Part shown: positions 1-10,018 of the stretch, in pieces
How the letters are laid out: every line of letters begins with the position of its first letter
Position numbering within the stretch: position 1 is the first letter of the stretch
From: an uncultured Chloroflexia bacterium
Lineage (GTDB): Bacteria > Chloroflexota > Limnocylindria > QHBO01
Assembly: GCA_963838125.1 (NCBI GenBank)
Contig: CAWIPT010000007.1
Coordinates: 1,060,237-1,124,236, forward strand
Reading direction: 5' to 3'
Length of the DNA: 64,000 nucleotides
Position numbers and translations under genes: made by a program
The notes under the pieces: model-generated
What the model was told of the DNA's origin: nothing
Databases searched by the model: none
The model's input: only the letters and a program-made list of their open reading frames with translations

Positions 1-99
1 CGCGGGTGGGATGTCCTCGAACAGCTCATCGATCGAGGCGACACCGACCGCGGCCAGCATCGCCGCACGATCGGCGTCGGTGTGCGGCGAATACGTCAT
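1..99 (-). CDS. gcvPA: glycine dehydrogenase (decarboxylating) subunit 1, N-terminal fragment; gene continues past the window start
   Basis: RC of 1-99 translates MTYSPHTDADRAAMLAAVGVASIDELFEDIPPA, a typical GcvPA N-terminus; its ATG overlaps the gcvH stop (ATGA). Confidence 0.7.
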   Translation of the reverse strand, partial: MTYSPHTDADRAAMLAAVGVASIDELFEDIPPA

Positions 100-476
100 T
101 CGAGCCCGATCAGCGCTCCGTACCCCGCCGCGTCGAGCAGGGCGTCCAGCTCCGCGGCGTCGGCAAAGGTCACCCGGCAGATCCAGCCCGCCCCGTGCGG
201 GTCGCTGTTCATGAGCTCGGGCTGGGCCCGGAGCGCCTCGTTGACCTCGACCACGGTCCCGCCCGCGGGCGCGAAGAGGTCGCTCACTGCTTTCACCGAC
301 TCGACCACGCCGAAGCTCGCGAACTGGGTCAGCGTGGCGCCCACCGCGGGAAGCTCGACGTAGACGATATCGCCCAGCTCGGTGACCGCGAACTCCGTCA
401 GGCCGATCACGCCCTCGTCGCCCTCGGGGCGGATCCACTCGTGCTCGCGCGAATAACGGCGGTCGTCGGGCACCAT
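96..476 (-). CDS. gcvH: glycine cleavage system H protein
   Basis: 126 aa; lipoyl-lysine context ESVKAVSDLFAP; sits between gcvT and gcvP. Confidence 0.9.
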   Translation of the reverse strand: MVPDDRRYSREHEWIRPEGDEGVIGLTEFAVTELGDIVYVELPAVGATLTQFASFGVVESVKAVSDLFAPAGGTVVEVNEALRAQPELMNSDPHGAGWICRVTFADAAELDALLDAAGYGALIGLE

Positions 477-1621
477 CAGGTCGGCGGTTCCTCGGCAGGG
501 CGGGGGCGTCGGTAGAAGGGCAACTGTACCCGCTCGGCTCGGCAGGGTCGGTCGCGGATCATCACCGTCAGCGGCCGCTCGCCGTCCGCGACCTCGGCGC
601 CTACCAGCGCCATGGCGATCCGCTCCCCGAGGGTGGGCGAGACGCTCCCGCTGGTCACTGCCCCCACGACATGGTCGCCGCTCCCGCCGTCCTCGGCCAG
701 CACCGGATACCCGTGGCGCGCGATCCCCTCGTCACGCATGACAAGGCCGATCAGCCGACGACGTGGCCCGACCCGCTCGATCTCGGCCAGGGCCGCCCGA
801 CCCACGAAGTCGCCCTTGTCGAGCTTCACGACGCGACCGAGGTTGGCCTCGTACGGGTTGACGTCGCGCCCGAGCTCGTTGCCATACAGCGGCATGCCGG
901 CCTCCAGCCGCAGGGTGTCGCGGCTGGCGAGCCCGCAGGGCAGGAGGCCCAGCGGTTTCCCTGCTTCGGTCACCGCGTCCCACAGCCGCACCGCGTCGCC
1001 CGCCGAGCAGAACAGCTCGAAGCCGTCTTCCCCGGTGTATCCGGTGCGGGCGACCTGGCAGGCGATGCCGGCGACCGTCCCCGGGACGGACCGGTAGTTC
1101 TTCAGCGTGGCGAGGTCGACATCGGTCAGTCCAGCCAGGACCTGGGCCGCTCGAGGCCCCTGGGGAGCGATCAGGGCGGTGGCGTCGGACTCGTCGTCGA
1201 TGATCACCCCTTCGTGTCCATCGGCGGCCAGCGCGCGCAGGTGCTCCACCACCGTCTCGCGGTTCGCCGCGTTGCAGACGACCAGGTACCGATCATCGAG
1301 CCGATAGACGATGAGGTCGTCGATGATCCCGCCATCGGCGGCGCAGACCATGGAGTACTGCGCCTGGCCCGTCTCGAGGAGCGCGGGGTCGCTGATCAAC
1401 GCTTGCCGGGCGAAGGCCAGCGCGCCGTCGCCACGGAGGCCGATCTCCCCCATGTGGGACAGGTCGAACAGCCCGATCGCGGTGCGGACCGCCCGGTGCT
1501 CCTCGAGCTCCGACGTGTACCGGACCGGCATCTCGTAACCGGCGAAGGTGATGAGCCGAGCGCCGAGCGCGCGGTGGGTCGCGTCGAGCGGGCTGTGCCG
1601 CGGCGCCGCGGCGAGCGTCAT
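476..1621 (-). CDS. gcvT: glycine cleavage system aminomethyltransferase T
   Basis: 381 aa; conserved GcvT sequence (GYEMPVRY, DLSHMGEI); its stop overlaps the gcvH start. Confidence 0.9.
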   Translation of the reverse strand: MTLAAAPRHSPLDATHRALGARLITFAGYEMPVRYTSELEEHRAVRTAIGLFDLSHMGEIGLRGDGALAFARQALISDPALLETGQAQYSMVCAADGGIIDDLIVYRLDDRYLVVCNAANRETVVEHLRALAADGHEGVIIDDESDATALIAPQGPRAAQVLAGLTDVDLATLKNYRSVPGTVAGIACQVARTGYTGEDGFELFCSAGDAVRLWDAVTEAGKPLGLLPCGLASRDTLRLEAGMPLYGNELGRDVNPYEANLGRVVKLDKGDFVGRAALAEIERVGPRRRLIGLVMRDEGIARHGYPVLAEDGGSGDHVVGAVTSGSVSPTLGERIAMALVGAEVADGERPLTVMIRDRPCRAERVQLPFYRRPRPAEEPPT

Positions 1622-2130
1622 CGGACCCGTTCGGGAGTTGCCCGTGCGGCGGTGGCCGGCGTCGCGGACTGGACGGCAGCTCCGTCGGCGGCGCCGTCAG
1701 TTGGCCCGGCCAGCAGCCCCTCGGCATGCTCGACGACGCTTCGCTCGGTCGGGTAGCTCAGGAGGCGCAACGCCTCGGGGATCACCACCCACCGCACCTC
1801 GTCGAATTCGTGGTCGTGAAGTGCGGGGTCGCCGCCGACGGCCCGCATCAGGTAGAAGTGCACGGTCTTGAAATAGCGCGTCGACCCGCGAACGAAGACG
1901 TAGCTGATGGGACCGATGGGAACCTCGATCTCGACCTCGAGGCCGGTCTCCTCGGATGTCTCGCGGAGGGCCGTCTCCTCCAACGTCTCGCCGCTGGCCG
2001 GGGTTCCCTTGGGCAGTGCCCACAGCAGCGGGGCGCGACGGTGAGCGAGCGCGATCTCCGGGCCGTCCGGGGTGTGGCGATAGACAACGCCTCCGGCCGA
2101 GGTGGCCCGCGAGTTGCGCTTGACGGCCAC
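1618..2130 (-). CDS. NUDIX hydrolase
   Basis: NUDIX box GTPASGETLEETALRETSEETGLEV; its stop overlaps the gcvT start. Confidence 0.8.
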   Translation of the reverse strand: MAVKRNSRATSAGGVVYRHTPDGPEIALAHRRAPLLWALPKGTPASGETLEETALRETSEETGLEVEIEVPIGPISYVFVRGSTRYFKTVHFYLMRAVGGDPALHDHEFDEVRWVVIPEALRLLSYPTERSVVEHAEGLLAGPTDGAADGAAVQSATPATAARATPERVR

Positions 2131-2402
2131 GCCGCGAGTCAGCCGCGAGCTAGCCGCGGTCGGCGCGGGGAAGGCCGAGCGGGAGTGAGGACCGGCGAGC
2201 CCGGTGCGATGCGAGGCGGCCGAGGTCCGGGAAGCGGAACCGGCTCGTCTGGCAACGAAGGGCGTGGACGGTGGCCGTGGTCCGCCGGTCGCGCAGCGGG
2301 TGGTGGTAGACCGTGGTCGAGTGGGTCAGGCCGTACCGGTCGCGCCGCGCCACTGCTCGATCCAGAAACCTGAACTCGGTGGACGTGGGGCGGGCGCGCA
2401 TG

Positions 2403-3672
2403 TCAGCGCATTGTAGTCGGCACGTCGTCCACCGCAACCCGATTCGCTCGGGCGGCCAGGACCTCGGTGTACAGGTCGGCAACCTCCGCGACGCGCCGCG
2501 CGGCATCGAAGCGCGACGCTCCCTCGGCGGCCCGCGCCGCCATCCGCTCCCGCCGGCGACGGTCGCCCAGGAGCTGGCCGATCTCCAGCGCCAGGCGCTC
2601 GGCCCGGGTGGTCGCCGGCTCCGCCGGGACGATCACGGCATCAACGCCCGGCCGGAGCGTCTCGGTCACCCCCGGCCCATCGACTGCCGCCACCGGCACT
2701 CCGGCCGCGAGAGCCTCGGCCAGGACCAGGCCCTGGGTCTCGGTCTGCGAGGCGAAGACGAACAGGTCGCAGGCCTTCACCAGGGACAGGGCCTCGTCCC
2801 GCGGCAGGCGGCCGGTGACGTGGACGCGATCTACCAGACCGGCGGATGCGGCGCGCCGGGCAACGTCCTCCTCGGCGGGGCCGCCACCCACCAGCAGGAG
2901 GCGGAGCTTCGGCCGTCGTCGGGCCGCGATGGCGAAAGCATCGACCAGGACGTCGACCGACTTCTCGGGTGCGACCCGGCCGAGGCTGACGAGGACAGTG
3001 TCCAGCCCGGGCCGCCAGCCGGCGAGTCGCCGGGGATGGCCCTCGGGCAGGACGGCGATGGCGGCCACGTCGACGCCGGTGGGGATAGCTCGAACCAGTG
3101 GCACCCGGCGTCGGCCGAGGGCCTCGCGGATCTCTGCTGCCAACGCCTCGGACGGCGCCACGATCGCGGCGCATCCGGCCCACCAGGCGGCCAGCCACGC
3201 CTCGGCCGCACGGCCCGAGACCGGAGCGAAGGGGCCCAGGTAATGGCCGTACTCCGCGAAACGCGTGTGGTGGGTGAACACGAGTGGGGCGCCCGCGCGA
3301 CGCGCCACCGCTCGCGCCATGAGGCCAGAGGTGAACGGCGAGTTGGCGTGCACAACGTCCGGCTCGAACGCCCGCGCCCGGCGGAGCGCGCGGGACAGGG
3401 TCGGAATGGGCGTGCGATAGCCCGGCGGCGCGGATGGGAGGTGGACCGATGGGAGCCAGGCGATCTCGGGGTCCGGGCCCGGGGCGCCGGCCACTCCGGG
3501 AGCGGCTCCCGCGCGCGGGACGCGGGACCACCAGCAGGACCTGGTGACCGAGGGCGCCAAGGCCACGGGCCAGGGTCTCGGTGGAAACGGTGACGCCCGA
3601 CAGATAGGGCAGGTACGTCTCGCCGAAGATGGCGACCCGGAGGGGGCGAAATGACCCGGACAACCTCGGCAT
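2403..3672 (-). CDS. glycosyltransferase family 4 (GT-B fold) with a frame discontinuity near 3475-3515
   Basis: The N-terminal GT4 segment (IFGETYLPYLSGVTV...LLVVPRP) is in the frame of ORF 2641..3672. The remainder (PDPEIAWLPSV...HANSPFTSG...ETQGLVLAEALAAGVPV) is in the frame of ORF 2403..3749. Confidence 0.75.
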
Positions 3673-3747
3673 TGTGACCCGGACCTCCTATGGCCTGTTG
3701 TGAAGGGGAGGTCTACACTCCGCCTTCGAGTTACGAGGAACCCGTCC

Positions 3748-4740
3748 ATGCCCGTTCAACCGTCCACGCGGCAGCTGACCGACGATCAGCTCCGCGATCT
3801 GCTCCGCCTGACGAAGGGATCGGACAGCGTCGAGCTGAAGCTGACCGTCCCGGCCTCCGGCCAGCGGTCCGCCATTCGCTCGGTCGGTATCGATCCGCTC
3901 GATGCCCAGATCAGACAGGTGTTCTTCTTCGATACGCCCGACCTGGTCCTGTACGAGGCGGGGCTGAACCTGCGCGCCAGACGGATGCAGGGCAAGGGCG
4001 AGGACTCGGTCGTCAAGATTCGGCCGGTCGAACCCGACCAGCTGGAGGCGGAATGGCGGCTGTCGCCGGCCATGAAAGTGGAGCTGGACGCGATGCCCGG
4101 CGGCTACGTGTGCTCCGCCTCACTGAAGGGCAAGCCCACCACCGGCGACACCCGCAAGGTCGCTCTCGGCGAGGAGCCCATCCGCCGCCTGTTCTCGAAG
4201 GAGCAGCGGGCATTCTTCAAGGCCCATGCGCCGGCCGGACTGACCCTCAGCGATCTCTCGGTTCTCGGACCCATCTTCGTACTGAAGCTCAACTTCACAC
4301 CCGACGGGTTCAACAAGCAGGTCACCGGTGAGATGTGGCTCTACCCCGACGGCCGCCGCCTGCTGGAGCTGTCCACCAAGTGCCCGCCGAGCGAGACCAT
4401 GCAGGCGGCCACCGAGTTCCGGCTGTTCCTCGGAGACCACGGAATCGACCTGAGCGGAACGCAGGAGACGAAGACGCGGAGTGCCCTCCAGTTCTTTGCC
4501 AAGGAGCTTCGACCCGCCGAGAAGGAGGTCCCCACCAACGGAGACGCCGACGCGTCCGACAACGGCGCGCCGGCGCCGCTCGAGGACGTATCAGGCGCGG
4601 TGACGGTGCCGGAAACCGTACTGGGGTCAGACCCGGAGGTCGTCCGGGAGCCAGGCGCTGGACCAGAAAACGGAGCCGAGCCGATGGCGGCGGTCAAGCC
4701 GTCGAGCGCGGAGCTGTCGGCCGACGCCGATCCGGACTGA
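3748..4740 (+). CDS. CYTH-like (triphosphate tunnel metalloenzyme family) domain protein with an acidic low-complexity C-terminal tail
   Basis: ATG at 3748 preceded by GAGGAA; ExExK-like motif VELKLTV near the N-terminus; RxR (LRARR) and KxK-like motifs; function inferred from motifs only. Confidence 0.55.
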   Translation: MPVQPSTRQLTDDQLRDLLRLTKGSDSVELKLTVPASGQRSAIRSVGIDPLDAQIRQVFFFDTPDLVLYEAGLNLRARRMQGKGEDSVVKIRPVEPDQLEAEWRLSPAMKVELDAMPGGYVCSASLKGKPTTGDTRKVALGEEPIRRLFSKEQRAFFKAHAPAGLTLSDLSVLGPIFVLKLNFTPDGFNKQVTGEMWLYPDGRRLLELSTKCPPSETMQAATEFRLFLGDHGIDLSGTQETKTRSALQFFAKELRPAEKEVPTNGDADASDNGAPAPLEDVSGAVTVPETVLGSDPEVVREPGAGPENGAEPMAAVKPSSAELSADADPD

Positions 4741-4746
4741 GCGAGG

Positions 4747-4823
4747 TGGTGGGCGATACTGGACTCGAACCAGTGACCTCACGGATGTGAACCGTGCACT
4801 CTAACCAGCTGAGCTAATCGCCC
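4747..4823 (-). tRNA. tRNA-Val (anticodon CAC)
   Basis: RC gives GGGCGATTAGCTCAGCTGGTTAGAGTGCACGGTTCACATCCGTGAGGTCACTGGTTCGAGTCCAGTATCGCCCACCA; cloverleaf with anticodon loop TTCACAT; CCA encoded. Confidence 0.9.
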
Positions 4824-4880
4824 GACGCGGACAGAAAGTATAGCCACGGCGCTCCGAGGCGCCGGCAAATCCGGGCAGGT

Positions 4881-5132
4881 TCAGAGCGCGTACACCACCC
4901 TTGTGATGGCCCCGAGGATGAGCATGGCGATCAGGGGCGACCAGTCGATGCCTGAGGTCGGCGGAATGATTCGACGGATCGGCGCGAGGATGGGCTCGGT
5001 GACCTGGTAGATGAAGGCGACGATGGTCCCGCCTCCCCGTGGGTTCGTCCAGCTGACGATGACGCGGGCCAGGATCAGCACCCAGAGGAGCGTGCTCAAC
5101 AGCTTGATGAACGTGATGAAGACCGCCGGCAC
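4881..5132 (-). CDS. YggT/YlmG family membrane protein
   Basis: 83 aa, two TM segments; YggT-like sequence; conserved position downstream of ftsZ and ylmE. Confidence 0.8.
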   Translation of the reverse strand: MPAVFITFIKLLSTLLWVLILARVIVSWTNPRGGGTIVAFIYQVTEPILAPIRRIIPPTSGIDWSPLIAMLILGAITRVVYAL

Positions 5133-5172
5133 GCCCGCAGCATAGCGCGCTCGAAACCGGCGACCCGAGCGA

Positions 5173-5901
5173 TCACCCTGCCTCGGGTCGATCTCCGAAC
5201 AGGGCAGTCCCGACCCGGACGAGGGTGGCGCCCTCGGTGACCGCGGCCTCCAGGTCCGAGCTCATCCCCATCGACAGCTCGGGAAGTGGATTGCCAGTCG
5301 CCTCCTGGATGTGGTCGCGGAGATGGCGCACCGTCTCGAACGCGGCGCGCGACGTGGCCGGATCGTCGGTCGCGGGTCCGATGGCCATGAGCCCCACGAC
5401 ATCCACCGACGTGAGGCTGTCGAGAACAGTACGTAACCCTTCGCGCACGGCCGCATCGGAGAGCGCCCCGACCGGGAAGCCATGCTGGGTCGCCGCCTCT
5501 GCCACGTTGACCTGGAGCAGGACACGCGGCCGGCGACCCTCCTCTCCCGCCACGCGGTCGACACGGGTCAGGACATCGGCCGAATCCACCCCCTCCAGCC
5601 AGGCGAAGGCGGCCACCGCGCGCCGGACCTTGTTCGACTGGAGGTGGCCGATGAGGTGCCACTCCGCCTCCGGCGCGCCCTCGACCTTGGCCTCGCCTTC
5701 CTGGACCTTGTTCTCCCCGAATCGGCTCAGTCCGGTGGCGAGGGCGGCTTGGACCACCTCGGGCCCGAAGCCCTTGGTGACGGCGACGACGCGGACAGCC
5801 GCCGGATCGCGATCCGCGGCGGCCGCGGCCTCCTCGATTCGTCGCCGGACGGCAGCCCACCGGGCACCGATGGCCGCGGTCAGGACCGGGTCGGCGATCA
5901 C
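5173..5901 (-). CDS. YggS/YlmE family pyridoxal-phosphate-binding protein (PLPHP)
   Basis: 242 aa; VAVTKGFGPE with the PLP lysine context; classic placement after ftsZ. Confidence 0.9.
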   Translation of the reverse strand: MIADPVLTAAIGARWAAVRRRIEEAAAAADRDPAAVRVVAVTKGFGPEVVQAALATGLSRFGENKVQEGEAKVEGAPEAEWHLIGHLQSNKVRRAVAAFAWLEGVDSADVLTRVDRVAGEEGRRPRVLLQVNVAEAATQHGFPVGALSDAAVREGLRTVLDSLTSVDVVGLMAIGPATDDPATSRAAFETVRHLRDHIQEATGNPLPELSMGMSSDLEAAVTEGATLVRVGTALFGDRPEAG

Positions 5902-5916
5902 GTGCCGGGCGTGAAC

Positions 5917-5940
5917 GAGCCCCGGCCGCAGCCGGGGCTC
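5917..5940 (-). terminator. perfect 10-bp stem / 4-nt loop hairpin (GAGCCCCGGC cgca GCCGGGGCTC) between ftsZ stop and ylmE start; no U-tract
   Basis: inverted repeat read directly from the sequence; candidate attenuating or I-shaped terminator after ftsZ. Confidence 0.35.
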
Positions 5941-5964
5941 ATCGGTCCTCCGACGCTCGGAGCG

Positions 5965-7224
5965 TCAGTCCTGCTCGCGGTTCGGCTGGCGCAGGAAGCT
6001 GGGGATGTCAAGGTCGGTGTCGCCGTAGGCCGGTCGCTCGAGCGACGTCGGCCGGGTGGCCACCGGCTCGCGGTCCACGCTGCGGGAAACCTCCGCCGGC
6101 TCAGGCTCGGCCTCGGTCGACTCGGGGGCCGGAGTCACGGTGAAGGCCGTGCGCTCGATCCGCTCGCGCTCGATCTCGGCCAGCAGCTCGCGGCTCTTCT
6201 CGTCGAGCGACGTTTCGATCCCGCCGGCGGCCTCCGCCGCGGCCGGTCGAACAGCCGGCTTGGGGCGGCTGCGGGCGGCGTCGAAGCCGGTGGCGATGAC
6301 GGTGACCTTCACCTCGTCGCGCATCCGGTCATCGATGACCGTGCCGAAGATGATGTTGGCCTCCGGATCAGCGGCCTCCTTGATCACCTCGGCCGCCTCG
6401 TTGACCTCGAACAGGCCGAGATCGCTGCCGCCGGTGACGTTGAACAGGATGCCGCGCGCGCCCTGGATGTTGATCTCCAGCAGCGGGCTCATGACCGCGG
6501 CGCGCGCGGCCTCCACGGCCCGGTTCTCGCCGGACCCGATCCCGATCCCCATCATGCTGCTCCCAGCCTCGCGCATGATCGTCTTCACGTCCGCGAAGTC
6601 CAGGTTGATGAGGCCCGGCACGGTGATCAGGTCGCTGATGCCCTGCACGCCCTGGCGCAGGACGTCGTCCACCACTCGGAACGCGTCGAGGATGGAGGTC
6701 TTCTTGTCGACGACCTCGCGCAGGCGGTCGTTGGGGATGGTGATGAGGGTGTCGACCTTGTCCTTCAAGGTCTCGGTGTACTGCTCGGCCACGAGCTTCC
6801 GGCGAGCGCCCTCGAAGCTGAACGGCTTGGTGACCACGGCCACGGTCAGGGCGCCGAGGTCCTTGGCGATCTCGGCCACGACATGGGCGGCACCAGAGCC
6901 GGTCCCTCCGCCCATCCCGGCGGTGATGAAGATCATGTCGGCGTCCTTGAGCGCCTCGTAGATCTTCTCGGAGTCCTCCTCGGCGGCGCGCTGCCCGATA
7001 GCCGGGTCGGCGCCGGCCCCGAGGCCACGGGTCATCTTGTCGCCGATGCGGATCTTGTGCGGCGCATCACTCTGGAGCAGCGCCTGGGCATCGGTGTTCA
7101 CGGCAATGAACTCGACGCCCATCATTTCGGCCCGGATCATGCGGTTGACGGCGTTGCTGCCTCCACCACCGATGCCGATGACCTTGATCAGGGCGAAGTT
7201 CTCTGCGTCGGACCGGAGCGGCAT
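5965..7224 (-). CDS. ftsZ: cell division GTPase FtsZ
   Basis: [13 protein letters not shown], tubulin signature GGGTGSG, Asp/Glu-rich C-terminal linker. Confidence 0.97.
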   Translation of the reverse strand: MPLRSDAENFALIKVIGIGGGGSNAVNRMIRAEMMGVEFIAVNTDAQALLQSDAPHKIRIGDKMTRGLGAGADPAIGQRAAEEDSEKIYEALKDADMIFITAGMGGGTGSGAAHVVAEIAKDLGALTVAVVTKPFSFEGARRKLVAEQYTETLKDKVDTLITIPNDRLREVVDKKTSILDAFRVVDDVLRQGVQGISDLITVPGLINLDFADVKTIMREAGSSMMGIGIGSGENRAVEAARAAVMSPLLEINIQGARGILFNVTGGSDLGLFEVNEAAEVIKEAADPEANIIFGTVIDDRMRDEVKVTVIATGFDAARSRPKPAVRPAAAEAAGGIETSLDEKSRELLAEIERERIERTAFTVTPAPESTEAEPEPAEVSRSVDREPVATRPTSLERPAYGDTDLDIPSFLRQPNREQD

Positions 7225-7418
7225 GGGACATCTCCTGGGTGCGTGCGGCTATGACCGGGCACGGGAAGGGTCCGAACCCAGAGTGAATGGGCCTGTCGCT
7301 AGTCTACCGATCGGCCCTTTCGACGGAGAACCGGTCTGTCCACAACCTCGGCCGGAGTTGTCCACAACCTCGGGACCAATGGTGGATGGCCGTGCCCGCG
7401 CTCCACATTTCGACCCTA

Positions 7419-8657
7419 TCAGCCGGGGAACAGGTTCCGGAACCAGGTCCGCGCCCGGTTCACGCCGTCGCCGACCGGCGAGCGGGTGACGTAGCCGATC
7501 GGCTCCGCGCCCACGTGGCGGGCGCCCCACAGCAGCAGGCCGAGCGAGGTCGAGAATGCCGGGTTGGCGAGCTGGTCCATGAGTCCGCCCACGCCCTGTG
7601 GGGTGGCCACCCGGACCGGAAGCTCGAGCACGTCGCGTGCGAGCTCGGCGACGCCCGCCAGTCGCGCGCCACCGCCGGTCAGCACCAGGCCCGCCGGCAA
7701 CGGGCTGCCGTGCCCCGATCGCGCGACCTCCTCGCGGATGAGCTGATACAGCTCGCGCATGCGAGCCTCGATGATCTCGCTCAGCTTCCGGCGCTGGATG
7801 GTCTGTCCCCCGCCCTCGCCCATGACCGCCACATTGATCAGCTCCTCGGGCTGGACCTCGGCCACGTTCGACGTCCCGTGGCGGATCTTCACGTCCTCGG
7901 CCAGGTTCAGGCTGGTGCGCAGCCCGATCGCGACGTCGTTGGTGACGTGGATGCCGCCGACCGGGATCACCGCCGAGTGGTGGACGGCGCCGTCCACGAA
8001 AACCGCCATGTCGGTCGTGCCGCCGCCGATATCGGCCACGATCACGCCGAGCTCCTTCTCGGTATCGGTCAGGGTCGCCTCGGCTGCCGCCAGGGAGGCG
8101 ATGACCAGCTCGTCGATCTGGACCCCGGCCGAGCTGACGCACTTGCTCAGATTCTGGAGCGAGGTGCTCGCGCCAGCCACGATGTGGGTCTCGACCTCCA
8201 GCCGCACCGCGCTCATGCCGAGCGGGTCCTTGATTCCCTCCTGGCCATCCACGATGTAGCCGCGCGGGATGACGTGGAGGATCTCGCGGTTGGAGGGCAC
8301 CTGGACCGCGCGCGCGGCCTCGGTGGCGCGGGCAATGTCCTCCTTGGAGACCTCGCGGCGATGGCCGGAGACCGCCACCACGCCGCGACTGTTCTGGGAC
8401 GAGATGTGGCCCCCGCCAACCGAGACGAACGCCGAGCCGATCTTGTAGCCGGACAGCCGCTCGGCCTTCTCGATGCTGGTCGCGATCGACTGCACCGTCT
8501 GCTCGATGTTGGCGACCATCCCCTTCTTGATCCCGATCGAGGGGGCGATCCCATAGCCCACCACGTTCACGTCGCCGGCTGGCGTGACCTCGCCGATGAG
8601 GGTCGTCACCTTGGTGCTGCCGGGATCGATGCCCACCAGGACCGTTTCTCTGTCCAA
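7419..8657 (-). CDS. ftsA: cell division protein FtsA
   Basis: 412 aa actin-fold ATPase; VGIDPGSTKV N-terminus; immediately upstream of ftsZ. Confidence 0.95.
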   Translation of the reverse strand: MDRETVLVGIDPGSTKVTTLIGEVTPAGDVNVVGYGIAPSIGIKKGMVANIEQTVQSIATSIEKAERLSGYKIGSAFVSVGGGHISSQNSRGVVAVSGHRREVSKEDIARATEAARAVQVPSNREILHVIPRGYIVDGQEGIKDPLGMSAVRLEVETHIVAGASTSLQNLSKCVSSAGVQIDELVIASLAAAEATLTDTEKELGVIVADIGGGTTDMAVFVDGAVHHSAVIPVGGIHVTNDVAIGLRTSLNLAEDVKIRHGTSNVAEVQPEELINVAVMGEGGGQTIQRRKLSEIIEARMRELYQLIREEVARSGHGSPLPAGLVLTGGGARLAGVAELARDVLELPVRVATPQGVGGLMDQLANPAFSTSLGLLLWGARHVGAEPIGYVTRSPVGDGVNRARTWFRNLFPG

Positions 8658-8685
8658 ACTCAGCCTCCCTGGAGCGCGGCCGACC

Positions 8686-9009
8686 TTACAGGAAGTGGCG
8701 GCGGATCAATGCCACGTTCTGGAAGATGCGCAGGCCGAAGGCGATGAGGGCGACGAGGTAGAGGTCGATCCCGAGCCGGTCGCCGACGAAGGTGAGGACC
8801 ACCGCCACCGCGGTGTTCGCCACGAAGCCGCTGAGGAAGATGCGGTTGTCGTACTGGCCGTCCAGCTCGGCGCGGACCGCGCCGAGGATGGAGTCCAGGC
8901 CGGCCAGGATGGCCACGGCGCTGTACCGCGCGAGCTCGGGGCTCACGCTCACGTTCAGCAAGAGGCCCAGCAGGATGCCGAGCCCCAGGCCGACGAGGGG
9001 AAGCCACAT
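8686..9009 (-). CDS. sbp: small basic membrane protein Sbp-like (DUF1290 family), start placed at the internal Met
   Basis: about 108 aa starting MWLPLVGLGLGILLG; two hydrophobic segments; between ftsQ and ftsA as B. subtilis ylxX/sbp; ATG at 9009 avoids overlap with ftsQ. Confidence 0.6.
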   Translation of the reverse strand: MWLPLVGLGLGILLGLLLNVSVSPELARYSAVAILAGLDSILGAVRAELDGQYDNRIFLSGFVANTAVAVVLTFVGDRLGIDLYLVALIAFGLRIFQNVALIRRHFL

Positions 9010-9073
9010 CCGGAGGTTCGAGGACACCGTGCCTGGTCGGATTTCGGGCGGCGCCGCCGTTCGGCGAGCGGTC

Positions 9074-10018
9074 TCAGCCCCGGGCACGGAAATATACCCT
9101 TCCCGGATTCCGGGCATCGATCCACGCCACGCTCGCCTCCGGATGGGACGCGAACAGGGTCCGGATTCCGCTCGCCTGCGATGCGACCCGGGCGGCGACC
9201 GCGTCGTGCGTATCGGCCGGGTCGAGCCCGTAGTACCCGAGCGCCGCCTGCCAGCCGGCCTGCGGCGAGGAGAGGATGAACCCGTAGGTGCCGTCCAGGG
9301 AGATGGTCAGGAAGGCCGCCTGCGACCCAAGCCGGTCGGGTTCGAGTTCGGCCAGCAGGAGCGCGGCGTCCACCTCGGGGCCCGCGATCTGGTCGCCGAC
9401 CGACAGGTCGTGCGACGCCGGCCGCACGTCATCGATCACCGGCAGATCCGCGATCGAGCCCTCGCCCGTGGCATCCCGGGCCTGGATGCCGACCACCGTC
9501 CCGTCCTCGGCCACCAGCAGCCGGGCCGCATCGGTCAGCCAGACCGCGACCGCGTCGCCCTCGATCAGCGATACCTCGGCCCGGCCGAAGAGGCCGATGT
9601 CCACCGTGGCGCTCTCCACGCCGGGGAGCTCGGCCAGCTCCTCCGCCGTCGCCGCGGCGTCCACCGTCAGCGCGCTCCGGCCGAGCAGCGGGTTGGTCAC
9701 CCGGTCGAGATCCTCGCGCGCCGTCCAGTCAGCCCCCGCATAGGTGACGGCCCGAATCCGGAGCCAGGGGCCGGCCACCAGCCAGCCGGCGCCGGCCACC
9801 AGCACCAGGCACATGAGCACGGCGGTGATCCGCGTCCAGTTGAACCGCCGCCGACGGCGACGCGGGGTCATGGCCGGCGGTGGTGTCGCGCCACGCGCCG
9901 GTCGGCCGCGGCCGCGGACCCGGGAGGTGGGGCGACGCTCGGGGTCGGTCGAGGCGGCGCCCCGGCGCCGGGGGCGTCCCGTGGGCCGGGTCGGTTCGAA
10001 CAGGCGACCGTCGCTCAT
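9074..10018 (-). CDS. ftsQ: cell division protein FtsQ/DivIB
   Basis: Arg-rich cytoplasmic N-terminus, single TM (ITAVLMCLVLVAGAGWLVAG), POTRA-like periplasmic part; dcw position. Confidence 0.8.
   Translation of the reverse strand: MSDGRLFEPTRPTGRPRRRGAASTDPERRPTSRVRGRGRPARGATPPPAMTPRRRRRRFNWTRITAVLMCLVLVAGAGWLVAGPWLRIRAVTYAGADWTAREDLDRVTNPLLGRSALTVDAAATAEELAELPGVESATVDIGLFGRAEVSLIEGDAVAVWLTDAARLLVAEDGTVVGIQARDATGEGSIADLPVIDDVRPASHDLSVGDQIAGPEVDAALLLAELEPDRLGSQAAFLTISLDGTYGFILSSPQAGWQAALGYYGLDPADTHDAVAARVASQASGIRTLFASHPEASVAWIDARNPGRVYFRARG

Noticed and set aside
6-515. Plus-strand ORFs antisense to gcvH/gcvT (6..515, 671..1756 and similar)
   Set aside because: Arg/Pro/Gly-rich translations typical of the wrong frame in 70% GC DNA; fully overlapped by well-conserved minus-strand genes.
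5482-7254. 590-aa plus-strand ORF antisense to ftsZ, and similar long antisense ORFs (8792..10216, 9880..11343, 25003..27033, 61333..63423)
   Set aside because: No conserved motifs and low-complexity R/G/A/P composition; explained by the scarcity of stop codons in GC-rich sequence.
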